The notes under the pieces are model-generated. The model had not been told where the DNA came from, did no database searches, and worked only from the letters and a program-made list of their open reading frames with translations. This document shows positions 28,392 through 38,829 of a stretch of DNA of 64,000 bases, piece after piece (within the stretch, counting starts at the first letter, position 1; the number at the start of each line of letters is the position of its first letter). Position numbers and translations under genes: made by a program. Source of the stretch: an uncultured Caldisericales bacterium (lineage in GTDB: Bacteria > Caldisericota > Caldisericia > Caldisericales > Caldisericaceae); NCBI GenBank assembly GCA_964558085.1, contig CAZLBY010000002.1, positions 266,530 through 330,529 on the forward strand, read 5' to 3'.

Positions 28392-30494
28392 TTGAAAAAT
28401 TTCTTAAAGGATCTAAACAGCAAACAAAGAGAAGCTGTTCTCTTTGATGACAGCTCGCTACTCATATTTGCGGGGGCAGGTTCAGGAAAAACCAAAGTAA
28501 TCACCTACAAAATAGCATACCTCATAGAATCCCTTTTAGTTCCTTCGTCACACATTCTTGCAGTAACCTTTACAAACAAAGCGGCAAATGAAATGAAAGA
28601 AAGAGTGGAGAGTCTCATAGGAGAACACATCAAAGGTCTCTGGATAGGGACATTTCACTCTATGTGCGCAAGAATATTGCGAAAAGAGATTCATCTTCTT
28701 GGATATGATAAGAATTTCACGATTCTTGACCAAGATGATTCTACCCGCGTAATAAAAAAAGCAATGCAACAATTAGATATAAGCACGGAATATTTTAACG
28801 CTAAAAAAATAGGTCAATACATTTCAACTGCAAAAAGAAGTCTTATGGACAGTAATGAATTTAGAGAAAATGCAAAAGAATACATAGAAAAAATAGTTTT
28901 ATCAATTTATAAAGAATACGAAAAAATTCTCAAAGAAAGCAATGCATTAGACTTTGACGACCTTATTATGCTCACGGTGAAATTACTTAAAAATCATGAA
29001 GATGTTGCATATTATTATAAAGACAAATTTAAATACATTCTCGTCGATGAATATCAAGACATAAATAGATCGCAATATGAACTATTAAAAATTCTTGCAG
29101 AAAAACATAAAAAAATTATAGCAGTAGGAGACGATGACCAAAGTATCTATTCATTCAGAGGCGCAAACACTGAATTTATACTATCATTCCAAGAAAATTT
29201 TCCTCACGTAAAAACAATAAAGTTGGAAAGAAATTATCGCTCGCCACAAGAGATATTAAATGTTGCAAACGAACTTATCGCGCATAACAGGAAAAGAAGC
29301 GAAAAAAAACTTTACACCAAAAAAAAGGTGTCAGATGCAGTAAGTTTTTACGAAGCGGCAAATGGAATAGATGAAGCAAGATTTATCATTAAAAAAATTA
29401 AAGACCTCCACAGGGATGAAGGAAAACAATTTAGCGACTTTGCAATACTATACCGGATAAATTCCCAATCAAGACTATTTGAAGAGCGCCTTTTAGAAGA
29501 AGGTATTCCGTACCAAATTATCGGAGGTGTAAGGTTCTACGGAAGAGAAGAAATAAAAGATATAATTGCATACCTCGCTGTTCTAAACAACCCTTATGAC
29601 GATATAAACCTCCGAAGAATAATTAATATACCTCACAGAAAAATCGGCGAAGCAACAATGAATAAAATAGAAGAAATCAAAAACAAGCAAGGTAGTACAT
29701 TATACAAGGCCGTACATTACATTACAGAAAATGAAGAATTATCTCCCGCAACAAAGAAACTCAGAGAATTTTATCAATTGATGGAAGACTTAAAAAAAGA
29801 TAGTAATAAATTATCTTTAAGACAACTCGTAGAAGAAATTCTATCAAGAACAGGATACCTTCCATATTTGTTAAAAAAAGGGATAGAAGGAGAAAACAAA
29901 ATAGAAAACGTAAAGGAGTTTATCAGTGTAATAAAAGAATTCTCAGAAACTTCAGAGGATGATTCCCTTACAGCCTTTTTGGCCCATCTTTCACTCATCA
30001 CAGATATCGATAATGCACAGGGCGATAATCGTGTGATGCTCATGACCTTACATAGCGCAAAAGGCCTTGAGTTTCCCGTAGTATTTTTGGTAGGTATGGA
30101 AGAAGGATATTTACCGCACTACCGGTCAATGGAATTTGACCACACAATAGAAGAAGAACGAAGACTTTGCTACGTAGGAATAACAAGGGCCCAGGAAAAA
30201 TTGTACTTAACTTACGCATATAGAAGAAACAGATATGGAACACAATCTCCAGTAGTGCCATCACGTTTTCTTTCGGAAATACCAAAAGAAACAGTTTCAG
30301 AAGTAAAAGAAGAGCATAAAGAAACAAAACTTACAGAAGGGGAAAAAGTACTACATAGAATCTGGGGAGTTGGAAAAGTCCTTGAAGTACATCTCGATAA
30401 CTCCGAAATACCTTATGCAGTAATTGATTTTATAAAAATAGGTAAAAAGAAATTGGATTTAAGATATGCACCAATAGAAAGGCTTACAAAATGA
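28392..30494 (+). CDS. pcrA: ATP-dependent DNA helicase PcrA/UvrD
   Basis: The protein carries SF1 helicase motifs: LNSKQREAV, motif I AGAGSGKT, VDEYQD, motif III and the C-terminal VGITRAQE. It uses a TTG start. Confidence 0.85.
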   Translation: MKNFLKDLNSKQREAVLFDDSSLLIFAGAGSGKTKVITYKIAYLIESLLVPSSHILAVTFTNKAANEMKERVESLIGEHIKGLWIGTFHSMCARILRKEIHLLGYDKNFTILDQDDSTRVIKKAMQQLDISTEYFNAKKIGQYISTAKRSLMDSNEFRENAKEYIEKIVLSIYKEYEKILKESNALDFDDLIMLTVKLLKNHEDVAYYYKDKFKYILVDEYQDINRSQYELLKILAEKHKKIIAVGDDDQSIYSFRGANTEFILSFQENFPHVKTIKLERNYRSPQEILNVANELIAHNRKRSEKKLYTKKKVSDAVSFYEAANGIDEARFIIKKIKDLHRDEGKQFSDFAILYRINSQSRLFEERLLEEGIPYQIIGGVRFYGREEIKDIIAYLAVLNNPYDDINLRRIINIPHRKIGEATMNKIEEIKNKQGSTLYKAVHYITENEELSPATKKLREFYQLMEDLKKDSNKLSLRQLVEEILSRTGYLPYLLKKGIEGENKIENVKEFISVIKEFSETSEDDSLTAFLAHLSLITDIDNAQGDNRVMLMTLHSAKGLEFPVVFLVGMEEGYLPHYRSMEFDHTIEEERRLCYVGITRAQEKLYLTYAYRRNRYGTQSPVVPSRFLSEIPKETVSEVKEEHKETKLTEGEKVLHRIWGVGKVLEVHLDNSEIPYAVIDFIKIGKKKLDLRYAPIERLTK

Positions 30495-30889
30495 AAAAGG
30501 CAAATTACTGTTTTGTGTGCAGCAAAACCAACCCAAAAGGTTTACATATAACATTTGAGAGAATTGAAAATATGACTATCGCAAAATTCGCAATAGAAAA
30601 GGAATATGAAGGATATCCTGGCATCATTCATGGAGGCATTCTTGCTGCGATTCTGGATGATGCAATGGGCAACATAAAGTATCTTGAAGGGTATATAGCA
30701 TATACTGCAGAAATGAGCATAAGATATTTAAATCCATCATTTATAGGAGAAGAACTACAAGTAAGAGCATGGCTCGAAAGCGCTCAGCACAAGATCATCA
30801 AAGCGATTGGGGATGTCAGGGATAAAAAAGGTGCTATAAAAGTACGAGCAAAAGCTAAATATTACATCAGAGGAAAAATTGAAGAGTAA
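30491..30889 (+). CDS. Hotdog-fold acyl-CoA thioesterase (PaaI/4HBT-like)
   Basis: The protein has a HGGILAAILDDAMG motif. A CxxC pair lies at the N-terminus. It shares an ATGA overlap with pcrA. Confidence 0.65.
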   Translation: MKKANYCFVCSKTNPKGLHITFERIENMTIAKFAIEKEYEGYPGIIHGGILAAILDDAMGNIKYLEGYIAYTAEMSIRYLNPSFIGEELQVRAWLESAQHKIIKAIGDVRDKKGAIKVRAKAKYYIRGKIEE

Positions 30890-30953
30890 CAATCAAGATC
30901 AAGTTTTGAATCTGAGACTTCTTCTTGTATAATAAAAAGATAAGGAGGGAGAA

Positions 30954-31457
30954 ATGGAAGAATTGAATAAAAAAATTAACGAAATGGAGAATCAGTATCA
31001 AAAGATTATCGAGAAAATCCCAGGATTTGCAGGTTATTTTGCCAGAGAAAAAAGAAGAACTGCAGATAAATTGCTACGTCAATATCTTGCAGATAGGCTA
31101 AGAAAAACAAAAGATGAACTACTATCTAAAGGTAATACGTTACTGAAGGAAAATGAGTTTGATGCACTGGAAGAACTAAATGAATTGATTAAAAATTTCC
31201 AATTCATTGTCGATAAGATAGAATATGCCCCACAGGGATACTCAGGATTTTTTGGACCCATAAAAGCTGATACAAAAATGCTTGATAGACTTTATGCAGT
31301 TGATGCTTCACTCTTATCTCTTATAGAGAAATCAGAAAAAATTGTAGCAGACGAGACAAAAACAGCAAAAGAAATTATAAGCAATATGAAAAACAGCCTT
31401 AAGGATTTCAAAACCCTTTTAAACGAAAAACTCGAAATCCTTTCAGGTATAAAATAA
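30954..31457 (+). CDS. Hypothetical protein
   Basis: The 167-aa protein has no transmembrane helices. Its composition is strongly helical and charged with heptad-like spacing, which suggests a coiled coil. It directly precedes the SPFH gene. Confidence 0.5.
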   Translation: MEELNKKINEMENQYQKIIEKIPGFAGYFAREKRRTADKLLRQYLADRLRKTKDELLSKGNTLLKENEFDALEELNELIKNFQFIVDKIEYAPQGYSGFFGPIKADTKMLDRLYAVDASLLSLIEKSEKIVADETKTAKEIISNMKNSLKDFKTLLNEKLEILSGIK

Positions 31458-31468
31458 GGAGGTAGCTA

Positions 31469-32533
31469 ATGTTTTTAGAAATTATTCAATGGTTTGATAA
31501 AACCGGCACAGAAATTGTACACAGAATCCCAGAACAGGGGTCTGCCGATATAAAAATGGGCGCACAACTCATTGTGAGAGAAACAGAAAGTGCAATCTTT
31601 TTCAGAGATGGAAAAGCAATGGATGTCTTCGGACCAGGAAGGCATATACTCTCCACGCAAAACTTACCCATCATTACAAGGCTTCTTTCGCTGCCATACG
31701 GCTTCAAAAGCCCATTCCAATCCGAAGTTATCTTTGTTGATAGAAAAGTATTTCCCAACTTAAAATGGGGAACAAGTCAGCCAATTCTTTTTAGAGACAA
31801 AGAGCTCGGAGCAGTGAGACTTCGCGCATTCGGAATTTTCAGTGCAAGAATTGTTGACCCGTATCTATTTACGAATACAATTGTTGGAACACAAGACATA
31901 TACACAACCGAGCAACTCCAGGAATTCTACAGATCTATCATTCTCTCGCGGTTTACAGATACATTAGGCGAATCTCTCACTTCTATCTTTGACTTGCCGC
32001 GAATATATGATGAACTGAGTGGAGCTGCAAAATCACGCGTTGTAACTGATTTTAATAAGTATGGAATAGAACTTGTTGATTTTTACGTTTCATCCGTTAC
32101 GGTTCCCGAAGAAGTCCAAAAAGTTATTGATGAAAAAACCGGAATGAATGCAATTGGAAATATGAACCAGTATCTGCAGTTTAAGGCAGCTAAAGCAATT
32201 GAAGAAGCAGCAAAAAATCCTACCCCGGGGGGAACAGCTGCAGCTGGAGCCGGGCTTGGCATGGGCATGGGAATGGGAATGATTATTCCCGGAATGATGC
32301 AGCAGGCAATGAGTGCCGAAAAAGAAAAAGAGCAACTAATGATTAAATGTCCCGACTGTGATGCTATCATTCCAGCAGATTCAAAATTCTGCCCAAAATG
32401 TGGATACAAACTTGTTACAGATGCGCCTAAAACGATTGAATGCCCCAACTGCCATAAACAAATTCCTGTCGGTTCACTATTCTGCTCTTACTGCGGACAC
32501 AAAATTGTAAAAGGAGAAGAGAAAAAAGAATAA
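31469..32533 (+). CDS. SPFH/band-7-like domain protein (B. subtilis YdjI-like) fused to a C-terminal double zinc ribbon
   Basis: The N-terminal ~250 aa resemble the YdjI/virion-core-like SPFH family. These are followed by a GMGMGMGM linker and two C-x2-C…C-x2-C ribbons (KCPDCD…CPKCG; ECPNCH…CSYCG). Confidence 0.65.
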   Translation: MFLEIIQWFDKTGTEIVHRIPEQGSADIKMGAQLIVRETESAIFFRDGKAMDVFGPGRHILSTQNLPIITRLLSLPYGFKSPFQSEVIFVDRKVFPNLKWGTSQPILFRDKELGAVRLRAFGIFSARIVDPYLFTNTIVGTQDIYTTEQLQEFYRSIILSRFTDTLGESLTSIFDLPRIYDELSGAAKSRVVTDFNKYGIELVDFYVSSVTVPEEVQKVIDEKTGMNAIGNMNQYLQFKAAKAIEEAAKNPTPGGTAAAGAGLGMGMGMGMIIPGMMQQAMSAEKEKEQLMIKCPDCDAIIPADSKFCPKCGYKLVTDAPKTIECPNCHKQIPVGSLFCSYCGHKIVKGEEKKE

Positions 32534-32704
32534 ATGTATCTCTGGATTGTCATTGCCGTATGGTTTATCTGCGGTATTATAAGTAATATAATTGCAAAAA
32601 AAGAAACCCTTTCTTTAGGATATCGTTTCCTGCTTTTTTTAGAAGGCTTTATTGGGTTACTCTTTTTGTTTATTTTTAAGGACAAGAAAAATGGAAAAAA
32701 TTAA
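32534..32704 (+). CDS. Possible small two-transmembrane membrane protein (56 aa)
   Basis: Hand translation from the ATG directly after the SPFH stop gives MYLWIVIAVWFICGIISNIIAKKETLSLGYRFLLFLEGFIGLLFLFIFKDKKNGKN*. It falls below the ORF-track threshold, and there is no homology support. Confidence 0.3.
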   Translation: MYLWIVIAVWFICGIISNIIAKKETLSLGYRFLLFLEGFIGLLFLFIFKDKKNGKN

Positions 32705-34571
32705 AAAATATATTATCATCTTGACTTTTGCTTTACTTATAATTTCATTTATTATGCCTATGGAAAATGCTTTAGCATCTTACCACTACAAAGAATGGAA
32801 CGATGAAATAGCCCTGAACAAAGATGGCACAATAAATGTTGTAGAAAACCTGTTAATTTATTTTGGTTCGCACGATAATGGAATAGCTTATCACTGGTTC
32901 GAAAGATGGATTGATCTTAATCAGATTCAAAATATCACGGATGTGGAAGTTTTTGAGAACATTAACGGAGCACTTATCCCCTACGAAAGGAACGGTAGCG
33001 GAACACCAGAAACATTTAGCGTAAAAACAGAGAATAGCAGCTTTTATATAAGATTAAACTACGAGGCAAAAAACACAGAGAAACACTTTGTGATAAAATA
33101 CCAAATATTAGGGGCTACCAAATTAGGCACTGTTGCATTTTATGAAGATGATGCATCGTTCAACTACATCGCCATACCCTCAAAAAATGAAGTATCGATT
33201 GATAAAGCAATTGTTACGGTTCATATCCCTCAAGGTGCACTAAAAGAAGAAATAAAAGCCTGGGGGGCAGGGCTGCCAATAGGCAGTGGAAACGTAACCA
33301 TTGTAAATGGAAATGAAATTATCCTGACAGGTTCAGAACTTGCACCCGGAGAATTTATAGAGTTCTATATCGCATTTCCAAGAGGCCTGGTGGAAGAACC
33401 GGAAGGAATACAAATCTACCCGGGAAGTGCGAGAGATAAAGCACAACAGCAAGCAGAAGCTGCTACAAGAGAAGCAAAAATAGCAGGTTTAAAAACTTTA
33501 CTCGGTTTTTTACTTTTTATCATCATTGTAGTATGGATATTCCTCACCTGGTACAAAAAAGGAAAAGATATCATTTTGCCTAAATACGCAGAATACATAA
33601 AAGATCCTCCATCAGATCTTCCACCTGCCGTTGTAGGCGCATTGCTAAAGCAAGGAGCGACGCTAAAAGAAGTAATTGCAACTATATTAGACCTTGCAGA
33701 TAGGGAGTACATAAAAATTGAAGAAATAAATAAGGTGTTTGGGAAAAATGATTATATCTACAGACGTACAGATAAAGATACCTCCACTCTTAATGCCTAT
33801 GAACAAATGCTAATGAGATATATATTTGGAGGGTTAAACTCCATCCGCTTATCTGAGTTGAAATATGAATTTTCGAAATATCTCCCTAAAATATATAGCA
33901 AAATCAACCAAGAACTCGTATTAAATGAATTTTATGAAGGCGGTAGCCCTGCAAAAGTAAAAGGAAAATACATTGGCATAGCCATATTTATGATAATACT
34001 TGGATTAATCGTTCTCTCGACGATCGGAGCTTCCCTTGGCGTAAGATTCCTTGTATGGCCTCTCATTCCCGGAGGTATTATTGTGCTATTCTTCGCACCT
34101 GCCATGCCAAGAAAATCGATGAAGGGAGCAAAAGAGCGAATGAAATGGCTTGCCTTCAAGAAATATCTTGAAGGCCTCGTCAAATATAAAAAAACAGAAG
34201 AAGCACAGAACCTTTTCTCACAATACCTTCCATTCGCAGTTGTGTTTGGTATAGATAAACATTGGATAAAAGAATTTTCAAGAGCAAATACCCCTGCACC
34301 AGTCTGGTATATTCCCTATAATAGAGCTGGATATGGTTATTCAAATACAGGAGGGCTCTCGTCTGCAAAAGGGTTTGGTGGCGCGAGCAATAATATTACA
34401 AATAGCATGAAAGGGTTTTCCCTTGATTCGATATCGCATGGTCTTAATTCATTATTAAATAGTTCTGCAACAGTATTTACCTCCTCAAAATCTTCTTCCG
34501 GTGGAGGTGGTGGATTCTCCGGAGGTGGCGGTTTTGGCGGCGGTGGAGGAGGAGGTTCCTCAGCAGGATAG
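32692..34571 (+). CDS. DUF2207-like membrane protein with a Gly-rich C-terminal tail
   Basis: The architecture is a signal/transmembrane segment, an extracytoplasmic ~270-aa domain, a transmembrane helix, a cytosolic segment, two further transmembrane helices, then a GGGGFSGGGGFGGGGGGGSS tail. I prefer the Met at 32692 (MEKIKKYIIILTF…) to the ORF-track start at 32652. Confidence 0.6.
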
Positions 34572-34585
34572 GAAAAGGAGCACAT

Positions 34586-37036
34586 ATGAACAAAAAAAAG
34601 AAAAAATCTATCATTCGAACGACGTTCAAAATCACTCTTTTAGTTATTGTGGTGATAATACTTGCCGGAGGCATTTTTGCTGTTACATACAGAAACAAGT
34701 GTGCAAAAGATCTGCCCAACATATCAAGATTGACGTACAATCCGGAGCAATCATCTCAAATTTTTGACTACGAAGGGAAACTTATAACAAATGTTTATGC
34801 TTTTGAAAACCGAATTTACACACCACTGGATAAAATTTCTGATATTGCAAAAAAAGCTGTTATTGCTGAAGAAGATGAAAGATTCTATCAGCACGGTGCG
34901 TTAGACTACAGAGGCATAGCAAGAGCGTTATGGACAAACTTAAAATACAAAATGATAGTCGAGGGAGGAAGCACGATCACCCAGCAGCTTGCAAGGAGTT
35001 TGTTTCTAACAATGGAGCAAACATTTGAAAGAAAGATTAAAGAAGCCCTGCTTGCAATTGAGCTTGAAAAGAAATTCACAAAGGACCAAATATTAGAAAT
35101 GTACCTAAATGAAGTGTATTTCGGTGCAGGAGCAAATGGAATTGAATCAGCAGCTGAAACATATTTTGGCAAACATGCAATCGAATTAAACTTAGCTGAA
35201 TCCGCAATACTTGCAGGAGTGCTAAAAGCACCTTCTGGAGGCAATCCATTTGTTAACCTGGAAGCAGCAAAAGAAGCGCAAAAGATTGTACTTCAAAAAA
35301 TGTTAAAAAATGGCTATATCACAGAAGAAGAATTAAAGGAAGCAGAAGAATTTGAATTGCATTTTGTAGAAGAAAAAAGAGTAAACGATAATATGGGGTA
35401 TGTTATTGATTATGTAAAAGAAGAAGTAGCAAAGAAATTTGGAGAAACAATGCTCTACTCAGGCGGATTAAAAATATATACTACAATTCAACCGAAATTA
35501 CAGCTTGCCGGAAGTGAGGCAATTGATAAAGTTCTTACAAAAGCAGAGGATGACGGCATTTTTCCAAAAGACAAAAGAAATTCGAAAGATGCTATTCAAC
35601 CACAAGCTGCTCTTACCGCTTTAGACACAAAAACCGGGGCAATACTTGCAATGGTTGGAGGAAGAGATTATGATAATACTAAGTTTAACAGGTCGGTTGC
35701 ATTAAAACAACCAGGTTCGTCATTCAAAATTTTTGATTATACTGCCGCAATTTCATCTGGATCCATCACGCCTTCCTCAATAATTCTTTCGGCGCCATAC
35801 AAGGTAGACGATTGGGAACCACACGAATGGCTAGGAAAAAACAAATACTTCGGCGATATGACCGTAAATCAAGCATTAGCGCAATCGTCAAACATATGTG
35901 CAACAAAAACATCCATGAGAGTTGGTTTGGACAGGGTGGTATATTTTGCACGAAAATATGGAATTACTACTCCATTAAAACCATACCCATCTGCTGCAAT
36001 TGGAAGCTTCGAGGTAAAACAGTTAGAAATGGCTGCCGCCTATGCAACTCTTGGTGATTCCGGCATTTATCACACGCCTTACATTATAGAAAAAATTGTT
36101 TCTCCAGGTGGGCAAATATTATACGAACATCAAGATCTTTCGTATAGAGCAGTATCTCAAGAAACAGCATATCTTATGAATAAAATCTTTATCTACGTAA
36201 TGTCCACAGAGGTTAATGCAAAGATTACGGGATTGCCATCAGCGGCAAAAACAGGAAGCACTGATAAATGGACCGATGCATGGTTTGACGGGTACACGCC
36301 TAATATTTCAGTTAGCGTAGTGGTCGGTCCGGACTCTCAGGAAATAACCTTCCCCAACGTACTTAATTCAGGAGCACGATTCCCAGCAATGATATGGCGC
36401 GAATTTATGCTGACAGCAATGAATGAATTTCCAAAAGATGATTTTGTAAAACCTGATTCAGGACTTACCACAAGACTAGTTTACAAAGATACAGGATACG
36501 CTGCAAATTTGGATACTGCAGACAAAAATACATTATATTACAGCTTTTTAGAAAATGTAGTTCCTCCGCAAGATATTCGCGCCAGAGGTTTTATCACAGT
36601 ACTTGTATGTAAAGACTCGGGATTACTTGCGCCTCCAAACTGCCCGGAAGAATTAACGGAACAACGTACATATATAAAGGGTATGGAACCTACAGAAATG
36701 GATCCAAGAAAGTTTGAAGAAACCGAACCGCCTGAATGGCAAAATCTCCAATTTGATTTAACAAGTGATAAAGATGTATACGAAATAGGCGATTATATAG
36801 AAATGAAAGCAACCGTCAGTAATGTAGAAGACCTTACAGACCTAAAGGTAACATTCTTTATGTATGATTTTTCGCTTGCCACCCTTCCCCCACCAGTCGA
36901 AGGAAATACCTATACCTTTAAGCTTATTGCAAACATCAAAGGGAACACCACGATACGCGCCATACTAAAAGATAAGGAAGGAACTACTGTTGCATCGAAA
37001 GAAAAAGATATTATCATAGAAGAGAAAAAACCCTGA
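34586..37036 (+). CDS. Class A penicillin-binding protein (bifunctional glycosyltransferase/transpeptidase, PBP1A-like)
   Basis: The GT51 motifs are EDERFYQHG and GGSTITQQLA. The transpeptidase domain has SSFK, SSN and KTG. A C-terminal extension of ~150 aa follows. Confidence 0.85.
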   Translation: MNKKKKKSIIRTTFKITLLVIVVIILAGGIFAVTYRNKCAKDLPNISRLTYNPEQSSQIFDYEGKLITNVYAFENRIYTPLDKISDIAKKAVIAEEDERFYQHGALDYRGIARALWTNLKYKMIVEGGSTITQQLARSLFLTMEQTFERKIKEALLAIELEKKFTKDQILEMYLNEVYFGAGANGIESAAETYFGKHAIELNLAESAILAGVLKAPSGGNPFVNLEAAKEAQKIVLQKMLKNGYITEEELKEAEEFELHFVEEKRVNDNMGYVIDYVKEEVAKKFGETMLYSGGLKIYTTIQPKLQLAGSEAIDKVLTKAEDDGIFPKDKRNSKDAIQPQAALTALDTKTGAILAMVGGRDYDNTKFNRSVALKQPGSSFKIFDYTAAISSGSITPSSIILSAPYKVDDWEPHEWLGKNKYFGDMTVNQALAQSSNICATKTSMRVGLDRVVYFARKYGITTPLKPYPSAAIGSFEVKQLEMAAAYATLGDSGIYHTPYIIEKIVSPGGQILYEHQDLSYRAVSQETAYLMNKIFIYVMSTEVNAKITGLPSAAKTGSTDKWTDAWFDGYTPNISVSVVVGPDSQEITFPNVLNSGARFPAMIWREFMLTAMNEFPKDDFVKPDSGLTTRLVYKDTGYAANLDTADKNTLYYSFLENVVPPQDIRARGFITVLVCKDSGLLAPPNCPEELTEQRTYIKGMEPTEMDPRKFEETEPPEWQNLQFDLTSDKDVYEIGDYIEMKATVSNVEDLTDLKVTFFMYDFSLATLPPPVEGNTYTFKLIANIKGNTTIRAILKDKEGTTVASKEKDIIIEEKKP

Positions 37037-37049
37037 TGAGAGGTGATAT

Positions 37050-38327
37050 ATGCTAGACCCAGATGTTATAAGAATAAAAACAGATTTTGTTAAAGAAAGC
37101 ATTGCAAAAAAAGGAGCAGATATATCCATTATAGATAAGTTTCTCGAAGTAGATAATAAAAGGAAAGAGTTAGTAAAAGAAGCTAATGCGCTGAGACATG
37201 ACAGAAAAGTACTCTCAGAAGAAATAAGAAAAAAGATTACAGCAAAAGAAAGCACAGAAAAAATTAAAGAAAAAGTAAGAGAAATAGGAAGTGATATTAA
37301 AGAGAAAGACAAAATTCTTAACGACTTAAACAAACAGTTTACAGATATATTACTGCGTATCCCTAATATTCCTCATCACTCTGTCCCGTATGGAAAAGAT
37401 GAAACAGAGAACACGGTAATTAAAAGATGGGGAGAAATAAGAGATTTTGATTTTGAGCCAAAACCACATTGGGAAACTGCTGAAAATTTAGGTATCATCG
37501 ATTTTCAAAGAGGAGCAAAAATTTCAGGGGCAAGATTTTACGTACTAAAAGGGATGGGAGCAAAGCTCGAAAGAGCTCTTATCTCCTGGATGATTGACCT
37601 ACATGTCGAAAAACATGGATACAAAGAGATCTTTCCGCCATTTCTTGTAAACCGCACCTCAATGACAGGTACAGGGCAATTGCCCAAGTTCGAAGATGAT
37701 CTGTACCATTGTGAAAAAGATGATTTATTCCTTAACCCTACAGCAGAAGTACCACTTACAAACCTTCATAGAGATGAAATACTAAACGAAGAAGACCTCC
37801 CCATTAAGTACGTAGCATATGCAGCATCGTTCAGAAGAGAAGCAGGTGCTGCCGGAAAAGATACAAGAGGCATTATAAGAGTACATCAATTCAATAAAGT
37901 GGAAATGGTTATGTTTGTTAAACCAGAAGAATCTTATAACTACCTTGAAGAACTCATTAATAATGCAGAAGATGTCTTAAGGCTTTTAAATATCCCCCAT
38001 CAATTAAAGAAAATGTGTACAGGAGACCTAGGATTTGCAGCAGCGATAAAATTTGACCCGGAAGCTTACTTCCCATCACAAGACAAATATGTCGAAATCT
38101 CTTCCTGCAGTAACTTTGAAAGCTTCCAGGCAAGACGCGCAAACATTCGCTTCCGCACAAAAGATGGTAAGTTAAAATATGTACATACTCTAAATGGCTC
38201 AGGACTTGCCGTCAGCAGGACAATGGCAGCTATTTTGGAAAACTATCAACAAAAAGACGGCACCGTACTTATACCAAAAGTATTGCAAAAATACACAGGA
38301 ACTGATAGAATAACGCCAGAAATTTAA
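37050..38327 (+). CDS. serS: Serine--tRNA ligase
   Basis: The 425-aa protein has an N-terminal coiled-coil arm and the class II aaRS motifs [25 protein letters not shown] and GSGLAVSRT. Confidence 0.9.
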   Translation: MLDPDVIRIKTDFVKESIAKKGADISIIDKFLEVDNKRKELVKEANALRHDRKVLSEEIRKKITAKESTEKIKEKVREIGSDIKEKDKILNDLNKQFTDILLRIPNIPHHSVPYGKDETENTVIKRWGEIRDFDFEPKPHWETAENLGIIDFQRGAKISGARFYVLKGMGAKLERALISWMIDLHVEKHGYKEIFPPFLVNRTSMTGTGQLPKFEDDLYHCEKDDLFLNPTAEVPLTNLHRDEILNEEDLPIKYVAYAASFRREAGAAGKDTRGIIRVHQFNKVEMVMFVKPEESYNYLEELINNAEDVLRLLNIPHQLKKMCTGDLGFAAAIKFDPEAYFPSQDKYVEISSCSNFESFQARRANIRFRTKDGKLKYVHTLNGSGLAVSRTMAAILENYQQKDGTVLIPKVLQKYTGTDRITPEI

Positions 38328-38336
38328 TCTAGAAAT

Positions 38337-38423
38337 GGAGGGGTGGCCGAGCGGTTGATGGTACCGCACTTGAAATGCGGCAAGTGATGAGCTTCGGAGG
38401 TTCGAATCCTCTCCCCTCCGCCA
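38337..38423 (+). tRNA. tRNA-Ser (anticodon UGA), class II with a long variable arm and an encoded CCA
   Basis: The 7-bp acceptor stem is GGAGGGG/CCCCTCC. The anticodon stem CCGCA/TGCGG flanks the loop CTTGAAA, giving anticodon TGA. There is a long variable arm. The T-loop is TTCGAAT, and the 3' end is G-CCA. Confidence 0.85.
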
Positions 38424-38541
38424 AATCCGATATGTCTTTTCATCTTTTTATCTATAACATATTCAGATAGACAATCAGTAGATAAAGCAAGCAATGCCAT
38501 CCCTTTCTATATAATCAAAATAACATATAATAGAAATTGAA

Positions 38542-38829
38542 ATGAAAAAATTTAAATCTATTAAAAAAGAAATAGTTCAGCAAATTATTGATTTTATTGC
38601 TCAATACACTGACAAGCTTGAAAAAGAAGGCGCAGTAATTGGAATAAGCGGAGGCATTGATTCTGCAGTTGTTGCATCAGTTGCAAGAGAAGCAATAGGA
38701 AAAGATAAGCTTACGCTTGTACACATATCTGAAAGAGATACACTTGAAGAAGGTGCAATCAGCGCACAAATCATTGCTGATTTTATAGGTGCGCCACTTA
38801 AAAGAAAGAAATATGGACAACAAATTTAA
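38542..38829 (+). pseudogene. Probable truncated remnant of a PP-loop ATP pyrophosphatase (NAD+ synthetase NadE N-terminus)
   Basis: The 95-aa ORF has the SGGIDS PP-loop and NadE-like N-terminal context. It stops after ~1/3 of normal NadE length, and its 3' end overlaps the uvrB start. Confidence 0.4.

Noticed and set aside
32652-32691. ORF-track start of the DUF2207 gene at 32652
   Set aside because: The extension (MGYSFCLFLRTRK) precedes a typical signal-peptide Met at 32692 and overlaps the small upstream ORF, so 32692 is preferred.
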